Source of the DNA: Candidatus Phosphitivorax anaerolimi
GTDB lineage: Bacteria > Desulfobacterota > Desulfomonilia > UBA1062
DNA: 64,000 bases
Direction: 5' to 3'
Assembly: GCA_001896555.1 (NCBI GenBank)
Contig: MPOS01000028.1
Location: forward strand, 7,603-71,602
Shown here: positions 47,228 to 57,568 of the stretch, piece by piece
Layout: each line of letters begins with the position of its first letter
Position numbering within the stretch: position 1 is the stretch's first letter
Translations under genes and position numbers: made by a program
The notes under the pieces: model-generated
What the model saw: only the letters and a program-made list of their open reading frames with translations
What the model was told of the DNA's origin: nothing
Databases searched by the model: none

Positions 47228-47989
47228 TCATAAGGGGTGGATGCCGATCCGGTAGCTCAGATACGGCTGTTCGTGTGCGAGGGCGAACCCGGCCCAGTTC
47301 AAGCCGCGGCCAACCTCCCTGCCGCAGTACAGTCGATAGTTCCGGGTGTCAGGCCCTTCCGGACTGAGCGAGAGACCTAAGCCAAGGCGCGAGCTCCTCA
47401 GCTCGGCGTCAAAGTCCGCCTCCTCCCAGGCCGGGATGCTTGAGTCCCGGCGCATTCCGGCTCTGGTGCGCAGAAGATCGAAGAGCTCGCCGTCCGCTTC
47501 ATTGAGTGCGATGAGCCTTCCCGTCGTCTTAAAGGAGCCTCTCATGCAGAAATGAATATCCTGCCCGCAGAGGTGGAAGCCCATCCGGCAAAATCCGGCA
47601 CCCAGAACCGGGAGGATCCTGCCTTCGGCTGCACAGAACGAAAGGATGCGGTCATGGATTTTCAGCAGGGGTGCCTGGATGGCGGTGTGTCTCATGAAGA
47701 CCTCGACCAGGAGCTCGGATATTCTGGTGAGGCATGCAGGGGCCTTTTTCCCGCCTGCATACCAGAAAAGCGCCCGGTCAAGGGCGAACACCATCTCGCC
47801 CGACCTCTCGCCCGTACGGTTGAGCGAGACCAGGCTCGGGAAGAAGGTCTTCAGACCTGTCCTGAAGACCGGGGCCCCGAAGCCTGCCGATCCGCCCGCG
47901 CAGACCCTCTCCCGGACACACAGGAAGAGACCCTTACCCATGAGCGCGGTTTTACCCTCCCCTGCTCCTGGGTCGTGCACGAGAGACAC
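47228..47989 (-). CDS. Hypothetical protein co-transcribed with the B12-binding radical SAM enzyme
   Basis: 253 aa, Cys-rich (8 Cys), no motif recognised. Separated by 46 bp from the upstream radical SAM gene. Confidence 0.5.
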   Translation of the reverse strand: MSLVHDPGAGEGKTALMGKGLFLCVRERVCAGGSAGFGAPVFRTGLKTFFPSLVSLNRTGERSGEMVFALDRALFWYAGGKKAPACLTRISELLVEVFMRHTAIQAPLLKIHDRILSFCAAEGRILPVLGAGFCRMGFHLCGQDIHFCMRGSFKTTGRLIALNEADGELFDLLRTRAGMRRDSSIPAWEEADFDAELRSSRLGLGLSLSPEGPDTRNYRLYCGREVGRGLNWAGFALAHEQPYLSYRIGIHPL

Positions 47990-48035
47990 CTTCTCCGAGA
48001 CCTCGAACTTTTGCCCATTCCCGATCGACAGGAGC

Positions 48036-49346
48036 TCACCCCCTTCCGTACTGACTTCTGCGGGCGGAAAACCGCTCTTGGGTTTCTGAAATACGCCTGC
48101 GGAGATAGTGCTCGTCGAATTCCGAGGAATAGATCATGCGGTTTTCGTTCTCGTATCGCCAGTCCAGATCTGTACGGACGCCGTGCACCCTCTCGAAGAG
48201 CCGCGTCCCCGGCAGCGGAACCGGGATGGTAAAGGAGATGTCGTCAAGCGGAAGGCTCAAGGCCCACTCAAGGGTCGTTTCAATGGTCTCGTACGTCTCC
48301 CCGGGATATCCGATCATGAAGAATCCCGCGGTCTGGATGCCCTTTTCGGAAAAGCGCTGCACGGTGAGTGCGGCCTTCTCCGTGGTGGTATGCTTGTTCA
48401 TGAGCCTGAGCACATCGTCGCAGCCCGATTCCAGGCCGAAATAGACCCTGCGGCATCCCGCCTGCTTCATGAGCTCGATATCGCTGGCCGGCACCGGCTC
48501 GGCACGCGAGAGACAGGTCCAGGCCATCTGCAGGTCTTCCCTTATCAGCATCCGGCAGAATCGGCGCACATGATCGATATCAAGGGTAAAACAGTCATCG
48601 GCAACCCACAACCCGTCGTATCCCTGTGAGCGGATGACCGTGATCTCTCTGAAGACAGCTTCCATGGACCGGGGGCGGTAGTACCTCCCGAAAATGGGCT
48701 TGGAGCAGAAGTCGCAGTCATAGGGGCAGCCGTAGGTGGTCATGATGCACGCCGGAGAATACCCTGAGCGTTCCTTCCAGAACTGCTGATACCCGGCGTG
48801 ATCGAAATCCCGGAGGGCGGGCACGGGCAGACGGTCGAGCTCTTTCTTTCGGCTCGGCCTGACCGGGACCTGGACCAGCGCGCCGTTTTCGAGGAAGGAG
48901 ATTCCCGGGTACCGGCTCCTCATCGAGAGCACGTCTTCAAGCCGTCCAGACTTGAGATAGTCGACACAGAACCGGGGAAACGACTGCACGGCCTCGCCCC
49001 TGAACACGATATCGAAGCCGGGAACGAACCGCTCCGGATTCACCGTCGGCATGGGTCCGCCGCACACCAGGACCGCGCCCGGCAGGCGCTCGCGGATCAT
49101 GCCGGCGAGCTTACGGGCGTTGTCCATCATGGTGATCGCCACGTACATGCCGATGATCCGGGGCCGGGAGGCCTCCAGCTCGTCCATGGCATGGTCCAGG
49201 CCCTGGAAGGTCAGGTCCGCCACCACCACGTCCACGCCCCTGTCGCGGAGAAGCATGGCGAGCTGGGCTATGCCGAGGGGATAGAAGAGCATGGCATCGG
49301 GGGCGGATCGGTATACATATGGGTAGACCAGGGCAACCTCGGACAT
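48036..49346 (-). CDS. B12-binding-domain radical SAM protein (class B)
   Basis: 436 aa. N-terminal cobalamin-binding Rossmann region (LGIAQLAMLLRDRGVDVVVADL ... IIGMY), then CPYDCDFC (Cx3Cx2C). Confidence 0.8.
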   Translation of the reverse strand: MSEVALVYPYVYRSAPDAMLFYPLGIAQLAMLLRDRGVDVVVADLTFQGLDHAMDELEASRPRIIGMYVAITMMDNARKLAGMIRERLPGAVLVCGGPMPTVNPERFVPGFDIVFRGEAVQSFPRFCVDYLKSGRLEDVLSMRSRYPGISFLENGALVQVPVRPSRKKELDRLPVPALRDFDHAGYQQFWKERSGYSPACIMTTYGCPYDCDFCSKPIFGRYYRPRSMEAVFREITVIRSQGYDGLWVADDCFTLDIDHVRRFCRMLIREDLQMAWTCLSRAEPVPASDIELMKQAGCRRVYFGLESGCDDVLRLMNKHTTTEKAALTVQRFSEKGIQTAGFFMIGYPGETYETIETTLEWALSLPLDDISFTIPVPLPGTRLFERVHGVRTDLDWRYENENRMIYSSEFDEHYLRRRISETQERFSARRSQYGRG

Positions 49347-49764
49347 CTCCTGCCGCGCTTCCTTTCCCCTGACGGTTTTCGTAATGAATGGGCGGATATC
49401 CCTTTGATATCAATGGCTGTTCTTCACAGCGCTCTAAAGATGCTGCATCGAGAAAGATAATAGTCACCCAAAGGACAATATCAACCGTCTCCTTCTTTGG
49501 CCTGGGGGACCGCACGGCGCCTGTTTTTCTTTTGCTTTCATCTGCAACCGTCTTGAGCCGATCAAAACCCATTCCGGAAATCATTCATCTGAACCCGCCC
49601 CCGAAAGGGGCGGCAGACTGCCCATTGATTTATGGACGTTTTCCCGGTATGTGAATCTGGTGAAAAAACGCGTCCCCTCTTCACGAAACGGCGGCGGACA
49701 GGCTTTTTCGCTTCCCGGCCCGGTTAAGGGCGGAGACAACTACGTCGAAGGAAAGGATGGTCAC

Positions 49765-50880
49765 ATGGTACGAGCAGGATTCATCGGCTGGCGCGGCATG
49801 GTCGGCTCGGTCCTCATGGACCGGATGATCGCGGAGAAGGATTTCAACGGGTTCGAGCCGATCTTCTTCACTACCTCCCAGGTGGGGCAGAAAGGCCCTG
49901 CCATCGGCATCGACATTCCTCCCTTGAAAGATGCGTACGACATACAGGAGCTGAAGACCACCGATATCATCGTGACGTGCCAGGGTAGCGACCATACCAA
50001 AAAGGTCTATCCCGAACTGAGAAAGGCCGGGTGGAAAGGCTACTGGATCGATGCGTCATCCGCCATGCGCATGCAGGATGACAGCATCATCGTGCTCGAC
50101 CCGGTGAACCGCGCGGTGATCGACGATGCCCTGCACAAAGGCATCAAGAACTATATCGGGGGCAACTGCACCGTGAGCCTCATGCTCATGGGGCTGGGCG
50201 GCCTGTTCCATCAGGGCCTGGTGGAGTGGATGACCTCGATGACCTACCAGGCGGCATCCGGTGCGGGCGCCAAGAATATGCGCGAGCTCATCGAACAGAT
50301 GGCCTTTATCAGCAGGCAGTCGAAAGATCTCCTGGACGACCCGGCCTCTGCGGCTTTGGACCTTGACCGAAGGGTACTCGAAGCCATGCACGACGGTTCG
50401 TTCCCCAGGGAGAACTTCGGATTTCCATTGGCGGGAAGCGTGCTGCCCTGGATCGATTCCGCGCTTGAGAACGGCCAGAGCAGGGAAGAATGGAAGGGCC
50501 TTGTCGAGACCAACAAGATCCTCGGCGCGAAAAAGCCCATCCCCATCGACGGCATCTGTGTCCGGGTGGGCTCCATGCGCTGCCACTCCCAGGCGCTGAC
50601 CATCAAGCTCACAAAAGACCTGCCTCTGGATGAGATCACTGCCATCATCGCCAATGCCAACGAATGGGTAAAGGTGATCCCCAACACCAAGGAAGAAACC
50701 TTGAAGCGCCTTACCCCCGCGGCGGTGACCGGCAGGCTCGAGGTTCCGGTGGGCAGGATCCGCAAGCTCAACATGGGCGGGGAATACCTCACCTGCTACA
50801 CCGTGGGCGACCAGCTCCTCTGGGGCGCGGCAGAGCCCATCAGGAGGATGTTCAGGATCGCGCTTGAGTACATCTCCTGA
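49765..50880 (+). CDS. asd: Aspartate-semialdehyde dehydrogenase (E. coli type)
   Basis: Start at MVRAGFIGWRGMVGSVLMDRM (as E. coli MKNVGFIGWRGMVGSVLMQRM). Active-site region GGNCTVSLMLMGLGG. The track ORF carries a spurious 38-aa N-terminal extension. Confidence 0.9.
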   Translation: MVRAGFIGWRGMVGSVLMDRMIAEKDFNGFEPIFFTTSQVGQKGPAIGIDIPPLKDAYDIQELKTTDIIVTCQGSDHTKKVYPELRKAGWKGYWIDASSAMRMQDDSIIVLDPVNRAVIDDALHKGIKNYIGGNCTVSLMLMGLGGLFHQGLVEWMTSMTYQAASGAGAKNMRELIEQMAFISRQSKDLLDDPASAALDLDRRVLEAMHDGSFPRENFGFPLAGSVLPWIDSALENGQSREEWKGLVETNKILGAKKPIPIDGICVRVGSMRCHSQALTIKLTKDLPLDEITAIIANANEWVKVIPNTKEETLKRLTPAAVTGRLEVPVGRIRKLNMGGEYLTCYTVGDQLLWGAAEPIRRMFRIALEYIS

Positions 50881-51015
50881 CAAGCGCCTTAACAAAAAAA
50901 GCGAGCGAAAAAGGGGGAACGGGCCTTAAGGTTTCGTCCCCCCTTTTCTTTTTTAGCCGGGCCGGAGAATCAGGGGGATGAACCGCGTCCGCCCATCCTT
51001 ACCTTTTGAGCAGGC

Positions 51016-52242
51016 TTAGCCTCTTTCTTTGCGCTTCTTGAGATCGAGCGCGGCCCGCAGTCCCTTTTCCCTGATCACCTTGATCTTCAGGCCCGTCTCC
51101 GTGAGCTTGAAAAAGCGTGTTCCGTATTTCCTGAGCTTGCGTTCGTCGATCTCGAAACCCAGGCCGGGCCGGGTGAAAGGGGCGAGCCTGCCGTCTTTGT
51201 CCGGGATCACGGGTTCAATGATGCCCTCGCGGAACTCAGGGACCCAGGACGGCTCTTCCAGGGGATACTCCAGGGGCAGGGTGTTGCCCCTATCGGCCAG
51301 GACCATGTTCCAGTTGATGTAGAAGCCGATGCCGTTGGTCCAGGTGTGCGGGCTGAAGAGCCGGCCTTTGAGCTTGCAGGTGTCGATCACCTTCTTCACC
51401 TGGGCGATGCCGCCCGCGAATGTGGCATCGGGCTGGTAGATGTCGAAGCAGTCCTTCTCGAACATGATCTTGATCTCGTCCCAGCCGTAGTTGAGCTCCG
51501 CGCCTGAAATCTTGACCTTCGAGGTCCTCTTGAGCTCGGCATTGCCGTCATAGTCGCGGGAATCCAGCGGCTCCTCGAGCCACTCGATCTGATTGTCCCA
51601 GCAGGCCGCCGCGAAGTCGCTGGCACGGCTCAGGTCCCAGGCCGGAACCTTGTCCACGATGGTGACCAGCCAGCCCTGGTTCGCATCTACGCCCAGGGTC
51701 ATAGCGTCTCCGATGCCCTTGCGGATCACCTCGATGTGTCTGATGTCCTCTGCGAGTGTGGCGTTCTTGACCCGGAGCTTGGCGGTCTTGTACCCGCGCT
51801 CCCTCATGGCCAGGAGCTCGTCCACCCGTTTTTCAGGGTCGTGCATCTCTCCGGTGGAGAGATAGACATCGATGGGCCGTGCGCTGCCGCCCAGCAGCTC
51901 GTAGACCGGTTTGCCCTCCTTCTTGCCTATGATGTCCCAGCACGCGGGCTCGATCCAGAAGTTCCTCCACCCGAGATATCCTGCCTGCTTGAGCAGGCCC
52001 TGCACCTGATCGATATCGGTGGGGTCCGCTCCGATGAGATAGCCTCCGATGAGGTCTCCCAGGCCCTGGCGCTCGGTGCCCATGGCCGTGCCCGCCGAGT
52101 AGCCTGTGATTCCCTCGTCCGTGACGATCTTGATGAGGGTGAACCGGTTGTGCGTCTGGGGATACCCCGGTATCCAGGTCGGCCAGAAGGTCTGAGGTAA
52201 AGGAACCGAGACATGGTAGAGCTCGATGGCCTTGATCTTCAT
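51016..52242 (-). CDS. Enolase-superfamily enzyme (mandelate racemase / muconate lactonizing enzyme family)
   Basis: 408 aa. Capping-domain N-terminus, barrel-domain metal ligands (LGVDANQGW ... EEPLD ... DIYQPD). Substrate unknown. Confidence 0.7.
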   Translation of the reverse strand: MKIKAIELYHVSVPLPQTFWPTWIPGYPQTHNRFTLIKIVTDEGITGYSAGTAMGTERQGLGDLIGGYLIGADPTDIDQVQGLLKQAGYLGWRNFWIEPACWDIIGKKEGKPVYELLGGSARPIDVYLSTGEMHDPEKRVDELLAMRERGYKTAKLRVKNATLAEDIRHIEVIRKGIGDAMTLGVDANQGWLVTIVDKVPAWDLSRASDFAAACWDNQIEWLEEPLDSRDYDGNAELKRTSKVKISGAELNYGWDEIKIMFEKDCFDIYQPDATFAGGIAQVKKVIDTCKLKGRLFSPHTWTNGIGFYINWNMVLADRGNTLPLEYPLEEPSWVPEFREGIIEPVIPDKDGRLAPFTRPGLGFEIDERKLRKYGTRFFKLTETGLKIKVIREKGLRAALDLKKRKERG

Positions 52243-52306
52243 AAATCCCCCTCCTATGATATTTTTTTAGGCCGAATACAGCCGGTGCCTCTTTTCACGC
52301 ATCCCT

Positions 52307-53203
52307 TCAGTGCTGGACCGGGTTGTATCCTTTGCGGCGCAGCAGGTTCAGGATGCCGTCCTCCCCCACAAGATGACCCGCGCCCACGATCACCAAGGTG
52401 TCTCCCTCGCTTTCCAGAAGCTTTTCCAGACAGGACATCCAGCTGAGGTTCCTGTCGGTGAAGAGCGCCTTTCTGATTCGGGGATACTCTTTAAGACTGA
52501 TGCCCACGATGGCCTCCAGTGCATCCGCATCGCCTCTCTTCCATGCGCTCACCAGGGCGTCCGACTTCTCCCCGATCACCTCGAGCTCCCGCAAGGCCTG
52601 CCTCAGGAGTTCCTCCTGCTGCTCTCCGGGCATCCCGGCGAGCAGCTCCACCTGGAAGCGGGCGGATTCCAGAAAGATCCTCTCCTTGCCGTCCTTCTCC
52701 GCCCTCGCGGCATAATGGGCGTCGATACCGAGCTCCGGCCTGAACCCCAGACGGCTCAGCTCAGCCCCGCTTAGGGTGACGGCGCACAACCAGGGTTTCA
52801 TCCGCTCAAACCGGGCGGGGGGGATTCCTGCAGTCTGTGCATGGTTCTGGAGAAGTCTAAAGGTGTCACCGGATATGTACTCCTTGAGCGTTGCATCGTC
52901 TCCATACATGCCGTGTTCCTTGAGGACTTGCTGCACATCGTCGCCTGCGATTTCCTTGACATCGGCCTCGAACACCACCCTTCTGCTCGCCTCGTATGCC
53001 CGGTCGATCCGCTCGTCCAGGGGATAGGCATCCGGTCTGAGCACATGCACGGAGCCCAGGAGATAGAGCGTTCCCTTCTCCGCCGCAAAGGACCACAGAA
53101 AAACCTTTCCGCCCCCGTCTTCCGCAGCCGTGGAGAGACCGGGCAGCACCCACATCAGACAGCAGAGCACGACTGCCGTAAGTAAGGCCGGGGCACAGCC
53201 CAT
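52307..53203 (-). CDS. TraB/GumN family protein (secreted)
   Basis: Probable start at the internal MGCAPALLTAVVLCCLMWVLPG signal. LWSF ... GTLYLLGSVH ... GAGHLVGEDG are TraB/GumN signatures. The longer track ORF would overlap the cysE end. Confidence 0.6.
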   Translation of the reverse strand: MGCAPALLTAVVLCCLMWVLPGLSTAAEDGGGKVFLWSFAAEKGTLYLLGSVHVLRPDAYPLDERIDRAYEASRRVVFEADVKEIAGDDVQQVLKEHGMYGDDATLKEYISGDTFRLLQNHAQTAGIPPARFERMKPWLCAVTLSGAELSRLGFRPELGIDAHYAARAEKDGKERIFLESARFQVELLAGMPGEQQEELLRQALRELEVIGEKSDALVSAWKRGDADALEAIVGISLKEYPRIRKALFTDRNLSWMSCLEKLLESEGDTLVIVGAGHLVGEDGILNLLRRKGYNPVQH

Positions 53204-53322
53204 GCCGCACCAGGCGGACCGCCCCTGCCTCGCGCTTATCGTGGGCGTCTGTACCGCCTGAACGGCCGCTCTCGATACGTTCCGGCAATCCGTACCGTTC
53301 TCTTGCGGAGATGTGGATAGGT

Positions 53323-54165
53323 TCATTCCTTCCCTTCCTGCGTGACCATGATCACCGACTGGGCGTGCTTTTCCTGCATCACCCGGGTATAGGGAGGCAC
53401 ATCGCTGGTGAGCCAGACATTGCCCCCGATGACCGAGCCCGTGCCGATGCGCACCCGGCCCAGGATGGTGGTGCTGGAGTAGATGATGACATTGTCCTCC
53501 ACGATGGGATGCCGGGGAATGCCCTTGACCAGCCTGCCGGAATCGTCTCTGGGAAAGCTCACCGCGCCCAGGGTGACGCCCTGGTAGAGCCGGACGTTCC
53601 GGCCGATCTCGCAGGTCTCTCCGATCACCGTGCCCGTGCCGTGGTCGATGAAGAACCGCTCGCCGATGGTCGCCCCGGGATGGATGTCGATGCCGGTCTG
53701 GGAGTGAGCCATCTCGGTGATGATCCGGGGGATGATCTCCACACCCAGGCGGTGGAGTTCGTGGGCGATCCGGTAGTTGGTCATGGCCTTGACGCTGGGA
53801 TACGAAAAAATCACCTCGCCCGTGCTCCTGGCCGCCGGATCGCCCTCGTAGGCGGCCATGACATCGGACGCCAGAAGGCTCCTGATCCGTGGGATCGCGT
53901 TGATGAACTCCCTAGACAGGGCGCGCGACCGCTCGTCGCACTCGATGATCGCCTGTCCGTAGGTGATCTCGCAGGAGAACCCATACCCCCTCTTGATCTG
54001 CTCGGAGAGGATCCTCTCCGCCTTTTCCAGGTGGTTTCCCAGGATATAGGGCATGCTCTCCAGGGAGACCTCCGAGTCGCTGAAATACCCCGGGAATATC
54101 ACCCTGCGCAGCCGCTCGACAAACTCGGTGAGCGCGTCGATGGAGGGCATGACCTTGTCCTGCAT
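53323..54165 (-). CDS. cysE: Serine O-acetyltransferase; the start codon is uncertain (the track ORF extends to 54450)
   Basis: Left-handed beta-helix hexapeptide repeats (GIDIHPGATIGERFFIDHGTGTVIGETCEIG) and the DPAARS motif. The N-terminal SATase helical region is present. The start could be MQDKV, MPSID or further upstream. Confidence 0.75.
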   Translation of the reverse strand: MQDKVMPSIDALTEFVERLRRVIFPGYFSDSEVSLESMPYILGNHLEKAERILSEQIKRGYGFSCEITYGQAIIECDERSRALSREFINAIPRIRSLLASDVMAAYEGDPAARSTGEVIFSYPSVKAMTNYRIAHELHRLGVEIIPRIITEMAHSQTGIDIHPGATIGERFFIDHGTGTVIGETCEIGRNVRLYQGVTLGAVSFPRDDSGRLVKGIPRHPIVEDNVIIYSSTTILGRVRIGTGSVIGGNVWLTSDVPPYTRVMQEKHAQSVIMVTQEGKE

Positions 54166-54516
54166 GGGCTTCTGGTAGACCCCCTCGTAGGATTCAGGCC
54201 TGCACAGCTCGTTTACAACCTTGTGGATGGTCTTCTCTGTCTTGATCAGCTCTATCTGCCTGTTGTTTTCCACCTTCAACCTCCGTTGAGTATCCCGGGC
54301 ACTTGAGTGCCCGACGATCAATGGTACGGGCACGAAGGGCAAGCCCTGGATCTTCTTGAAGTCTGAAAGATCAAGCGGGAATGTGTCCCCGCCTTCAAAA
54401 TCCTTAAAACAAGCGCACGCTAAAGGAGGATTCACCCCGCTTGGAACCAAAAAGCCAGGACCGGCCTATGTTCTCTCCCTTCAAGCCCTTAAAAAAACGG
54501 GCCGTGGAAGGAGCTT

Positions 54517-55440
54517 TCAAGGAAAAAGATCCGGATCGCTCAGGTATCTCTCTGCCGTGTCGCACACAACGAACACGATGAGCTTTCCCGCGTTCTCGGG
54601 CCTCTTGCCGATCTCTATTGCGGCATGGGCATTGGCGCCCGATGATATACCGCAGAGAACCCCCTCCTCCCTGATGAGCCGCCGCGCCATGTGGAAGGCC
54701 TGATCTGCTCCTACCGTGAACACCTCGTCGATGACGCCCCGGTCGAGAACATCCGGAACGAATCCGGCCCCGATTCCCTGGATCTTGTGGCTGCCCGGCC
54801 TGCCGCCCGAGAGCACGGGAGAATCCTTGGGCTCGACCGCCACGATCTGCACGCCGGGCTTGCGCGCCTTCAGGAACCTGCCCACCCCCGTGATGGTACC
54901 GCCGGTGCCCACCCCGGCCACGAAGATGTCGACGCGGCCGTCCGTGTCGTCCCAGATCTCGCGGGCCGTAGTGGCCTCGTGGATCCGCGGATTCGCAGGG
55001 TTGGAAAACTGCTGGGGTATGAATGAGCTGCGATACTCCTTGGCCAGCTCATTCGCCCTGGCAATGGCCCCCCGCATCCCCTCGGAGGCGGGAGTGAGCA
55101 CGAGCTCGGCGCCAAACCCAGCAAGGAGCTTTCTGCGCTCCATGCTCATGCTCTCGGGCATGGTGATGATGAGCCGATAACCCCTGACAGCGCACATGAA
55201 GGCCAGGCCGATGCCCGTATTGCCGCTCGTGGGCTCGATGATCACGGTGTCTTTCTGGATGAGGCCCTGCCTCTCCGCCTCGAGGATCATGCTCATCCCG
55301 ATGCGATCCTTGACAGATGAGCAGGGGTTGTAGAATTCGAGCTTGCCCGCCACCTCGGCCACGCAGGCTCCCGTCACCTTGTTCATCCTCACCAGCGGGG
55401 TGTTCCCCACCAGCTCGACCATGTCACGGGCAATCTTCAT
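54517..55440 (-). CDS. cysK: Cysteine synthase A (O-acetylserine sulfhydrylase)
   Basis: Start at [17 protein letters not shown] (AGGAGG RBS). PLP-lysine region [24 protein letters not shown]. Confidence 0.9.
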   Translation of the reverse strand: MKIARDMVELVGNTPLVRMNKVTGACVAEVAGKLEFYNPCSSVKDRIGMSMILEAERQGLIQKDTVIIEPTSGNTGIGLAFMCAVRGYRLIITMPESMSMERRKLLAGFGAELVLTPASEGMRGAIARANELAKEYRSSFIPQQFSNPANPRIHEATTAREIWDDTDGRVDIFVAGVGTGGTITGVGRFLKARKPGVQIVAVEPKDSPVLSGGRPGSHKIQGIGAGFVPDVLDRGVIDEVFTVGADQAFHMARRLIREEGVLCGISSGANAHAAIEIGKRPENAGKLIVFVVCDTAERYLSDPDLFP

Positions 55441-55628
55441 GGATCCGCCTCCTTCCCGGGCATCTTCCATTTATTACATAATACTGCGCTTTCGCGTACG
55501 TGAAAAGAACCCTCTGCCCTCCTTGAAGGGGGAAAGGGGTGTGGCCCGGATGACCGGCAGATCATCAGAATCGTCCCTTCCGGGTCAGCCAGGAACACGC
55601 GCGCAGGGCGGGCATCCTGCCGGGAAGG

Positions 55629-55904
55629 CTATTCGAGATCCGATCCCGGCGGCGGAATCGGCGTGACCGGCTGGGTAGGGTCCTTGCGCTTGTCCCTGTC
55701 CCGCTTGCGCTCCTGGCACAGGAATAGGAGTGCTTTGGCATTGGTCTTCACGTGGGCAAAGATACTCTCCAGGCCGTCAAACTTGTCGTAGTGCGCCAGA
55801 TTGTACTGCAGCTCCTCGATGATCTTTCTTAAGGTCTCTTCATGGAGCTCATGTTTGCGCTTTATCAGCACCTTTTTGGCCTCAAGTTCCATTTCGGAGT
55901 CCAT
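55629..55904 (-). CDS. Hypothetical small coiled-coil/basic protein
   Basis: 91 aa, ORF only. Confidence 0.35.
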   Translation of the reverse strand: MDSEMELEAKKVLIKRKHELHEETLRKIIEELQYNLAHYDKFDGLESIFAHVKTNAKALLFLCQERKRDRDKRKDPTQPVTPIPPPGSDLE

Positions 55905-56115
55905 GGCTCCCTCCTTTCATATGCTGGCACTCTCAGTGTCATAAAAAAACCTACTCCATATCCCTTAACCGGTCAATGGGTATCATCCCGGTTTCCCCTG
56001 GACAAGGGCTTCTTCTGAAAGGGCACTGCGCCTGGATGGAATGATTTTGCTTGATTTATTGTTCGTTTTCGTATTGTCCTATTTAGAACTATTTGCCGTC
56101 TGTATCCAGGGGGGA

Positions 56116-56604
56116 ATGGACATGAAAAACACGAGGAAAGGGGCGTTTCTCATTGCGCAGATGCACCAGATATCCGGCAGGATCTTCTCCAAGCTGCTCA
56201 AGGATCACGGTATTCACGACATCACCCCCTCACAGGGAAGAATCCTCTATGCCCTGTGGCAAAAGGACGATGTGCCGATCCATCGCCTCGCATCTGAGAC
56301 CTCTTTGAAAAAATCCACCCTCACTGTCATGCTCGATGCCTTGGAGCGTTCCGGCCATATCATCCGCATTCCGTCCGGGGAAGACCGCCGGAGGATCCAT
56401 GTCCGGCTCACGGACAAGAACCGGGGTCTTTGGAGCGTCTATGTCCGTGTGTCCCGGCAAATGACCTCGCTGGGTTATGCGGGCTTCTCGGATTCCGAGA
56501 TCGATACATTCGAGGGCATGCTCGAAAGAATCTTGGCAAACCTCAAGTCAGCAGAAGAGGCCCTGAACGGGAAAGGCGCCTCGTCAGAGGGAGGCAAGCC
56601 ATGA
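56116..56604 (+). CDS. MarR family transcriptional regulator
   Basis: Start at MDMKNTRKG. Winged-helix ITPSQGRILYALWQKDDVPIHRLASETSLKKSTLTVMLDALERSGHIIR. Its stop overlaps the next gene (ATGA). Confidence 0.8.
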   Translation: MDMKNTRKGAFLIAQMHQISGRIFSKLLKDHGIHDITPSQGRILYALWQKDDVPIHRLASETSLKKSTLTVMLDALERSGHIIRIPSGEDRRRIHVRLTDKNRGLWSVYVRVSRQMTSLGYAGFSDSEIDTFEGMLERILANLKSAEEALNGKGASSEGGKP

Positions 56605-57404
56605 TACGGGTCAGGGAGTGGGGAGGAGTCACGGGTTTTCTCATGGGCAGGAGCATGGGGCCGTATGTGCCGTATACGGTCCATGCCTTCCTGGTGGGGA
56701 ACACGCTCATCGACACCGGCGCGGTCCATGCGCGGGAAGATTTCATGCACGCCCTTGCAGGCAGGCCGGTGGGCGCGGTCATCAACACGCACCACCATGA
56801 GGACCACATCGGGAACAACACACCGGTCAGGCAGGTGTTCGGGGCTAAAGTATACGCCCCGGAAGAGTCCCTGCCCTTTATCGCCGACCCGGACAAACTC
56901 GGGCTCAGATTCTATCAGCGCGTGGTCTGGGGATGCCCTGATCCTTCTGAGGCCTCTCCGCTGGGGGCGTCCATAGAGCTTCCCGGCCATGTTTTCCAGG
57001 TCATTCACACCCCCGGGCACTCACCCGATCACGTATGCCTGCTGGAACCGGACAAGGGGTGGCTCTTCACCGGAGATCTCTTCTGCGGGAGGACTGTCCG
57101 CTACTTAAGGCGCGACGAGGACTTTGAGCTCATTCTCTCTTCATTGAAAAAGCTCTGCACATTCGATTTCTCAACGATCTTCTGCGGACTCAAGGGCAGG
57201 GTAGAAAACGGCAGTCAGGCCTTGGAGGCAAAGATCAAATCCATGGAAGAGCTGAAAGTCCGGGTCATGGACCTCCACCGCGCAGGATGTTCTCGCCGGG
57301 AGATTAGGAAGAGAGTCCTTGGCCGCGAGGGGGCCATGTATTACCTGACCGCGGCCCATTTCTCGAAGCAGCATATGGTCGACAGCATCCTTAATCAGGA
57401 ATAA
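56601..57404 (+). CDS. MBL-fold metallo-hydrolase
   Basis: Start at MIRVREWGGV (GAGGGAGG RBS). HHHEDHIG (HxHxDH), HTPGHSPDH, and the later Asp/His ligands. Confidence 0.8.
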   Translation: MIRVREWGGVTGFLMGRSMGPYVPYTVHAFLVGNTLIDTGAVHAREDFMHALAGRPVGAVINTHHHEDHIGNNTPVRQVFGAKVYAPEESLPFIADPDKLGLRFYQRVVWGCPDPSEASPLGASIELPGHVFQVIHTPGHSPDHVCLLEPDKGWLFTGDLFCGRTVRYLRRDEDFELILSSLKKLCTFDFSTIFCGLKGRVENGSQALEAKIKSMEELKVRVMDLHRAGCSRREIRKRVLGREGAMYYLTAAHFSKQHMVDSILNQE

Positions 57405-57568
57405 ACCGCCATCCCTTGGGGCATCTTCCGGCTATCCCTGATGATCCTGCCGCGGGAACGCTCTCAAGCGGAAGAGAGGGCAAGCCCGCCGTGGATGAGA
57501 ATGATCGTGCATCGTGCAGGGACGGCACGGGAGAGGTTCCCCATGAAAGATACTCCCCTCCCCTTGGT

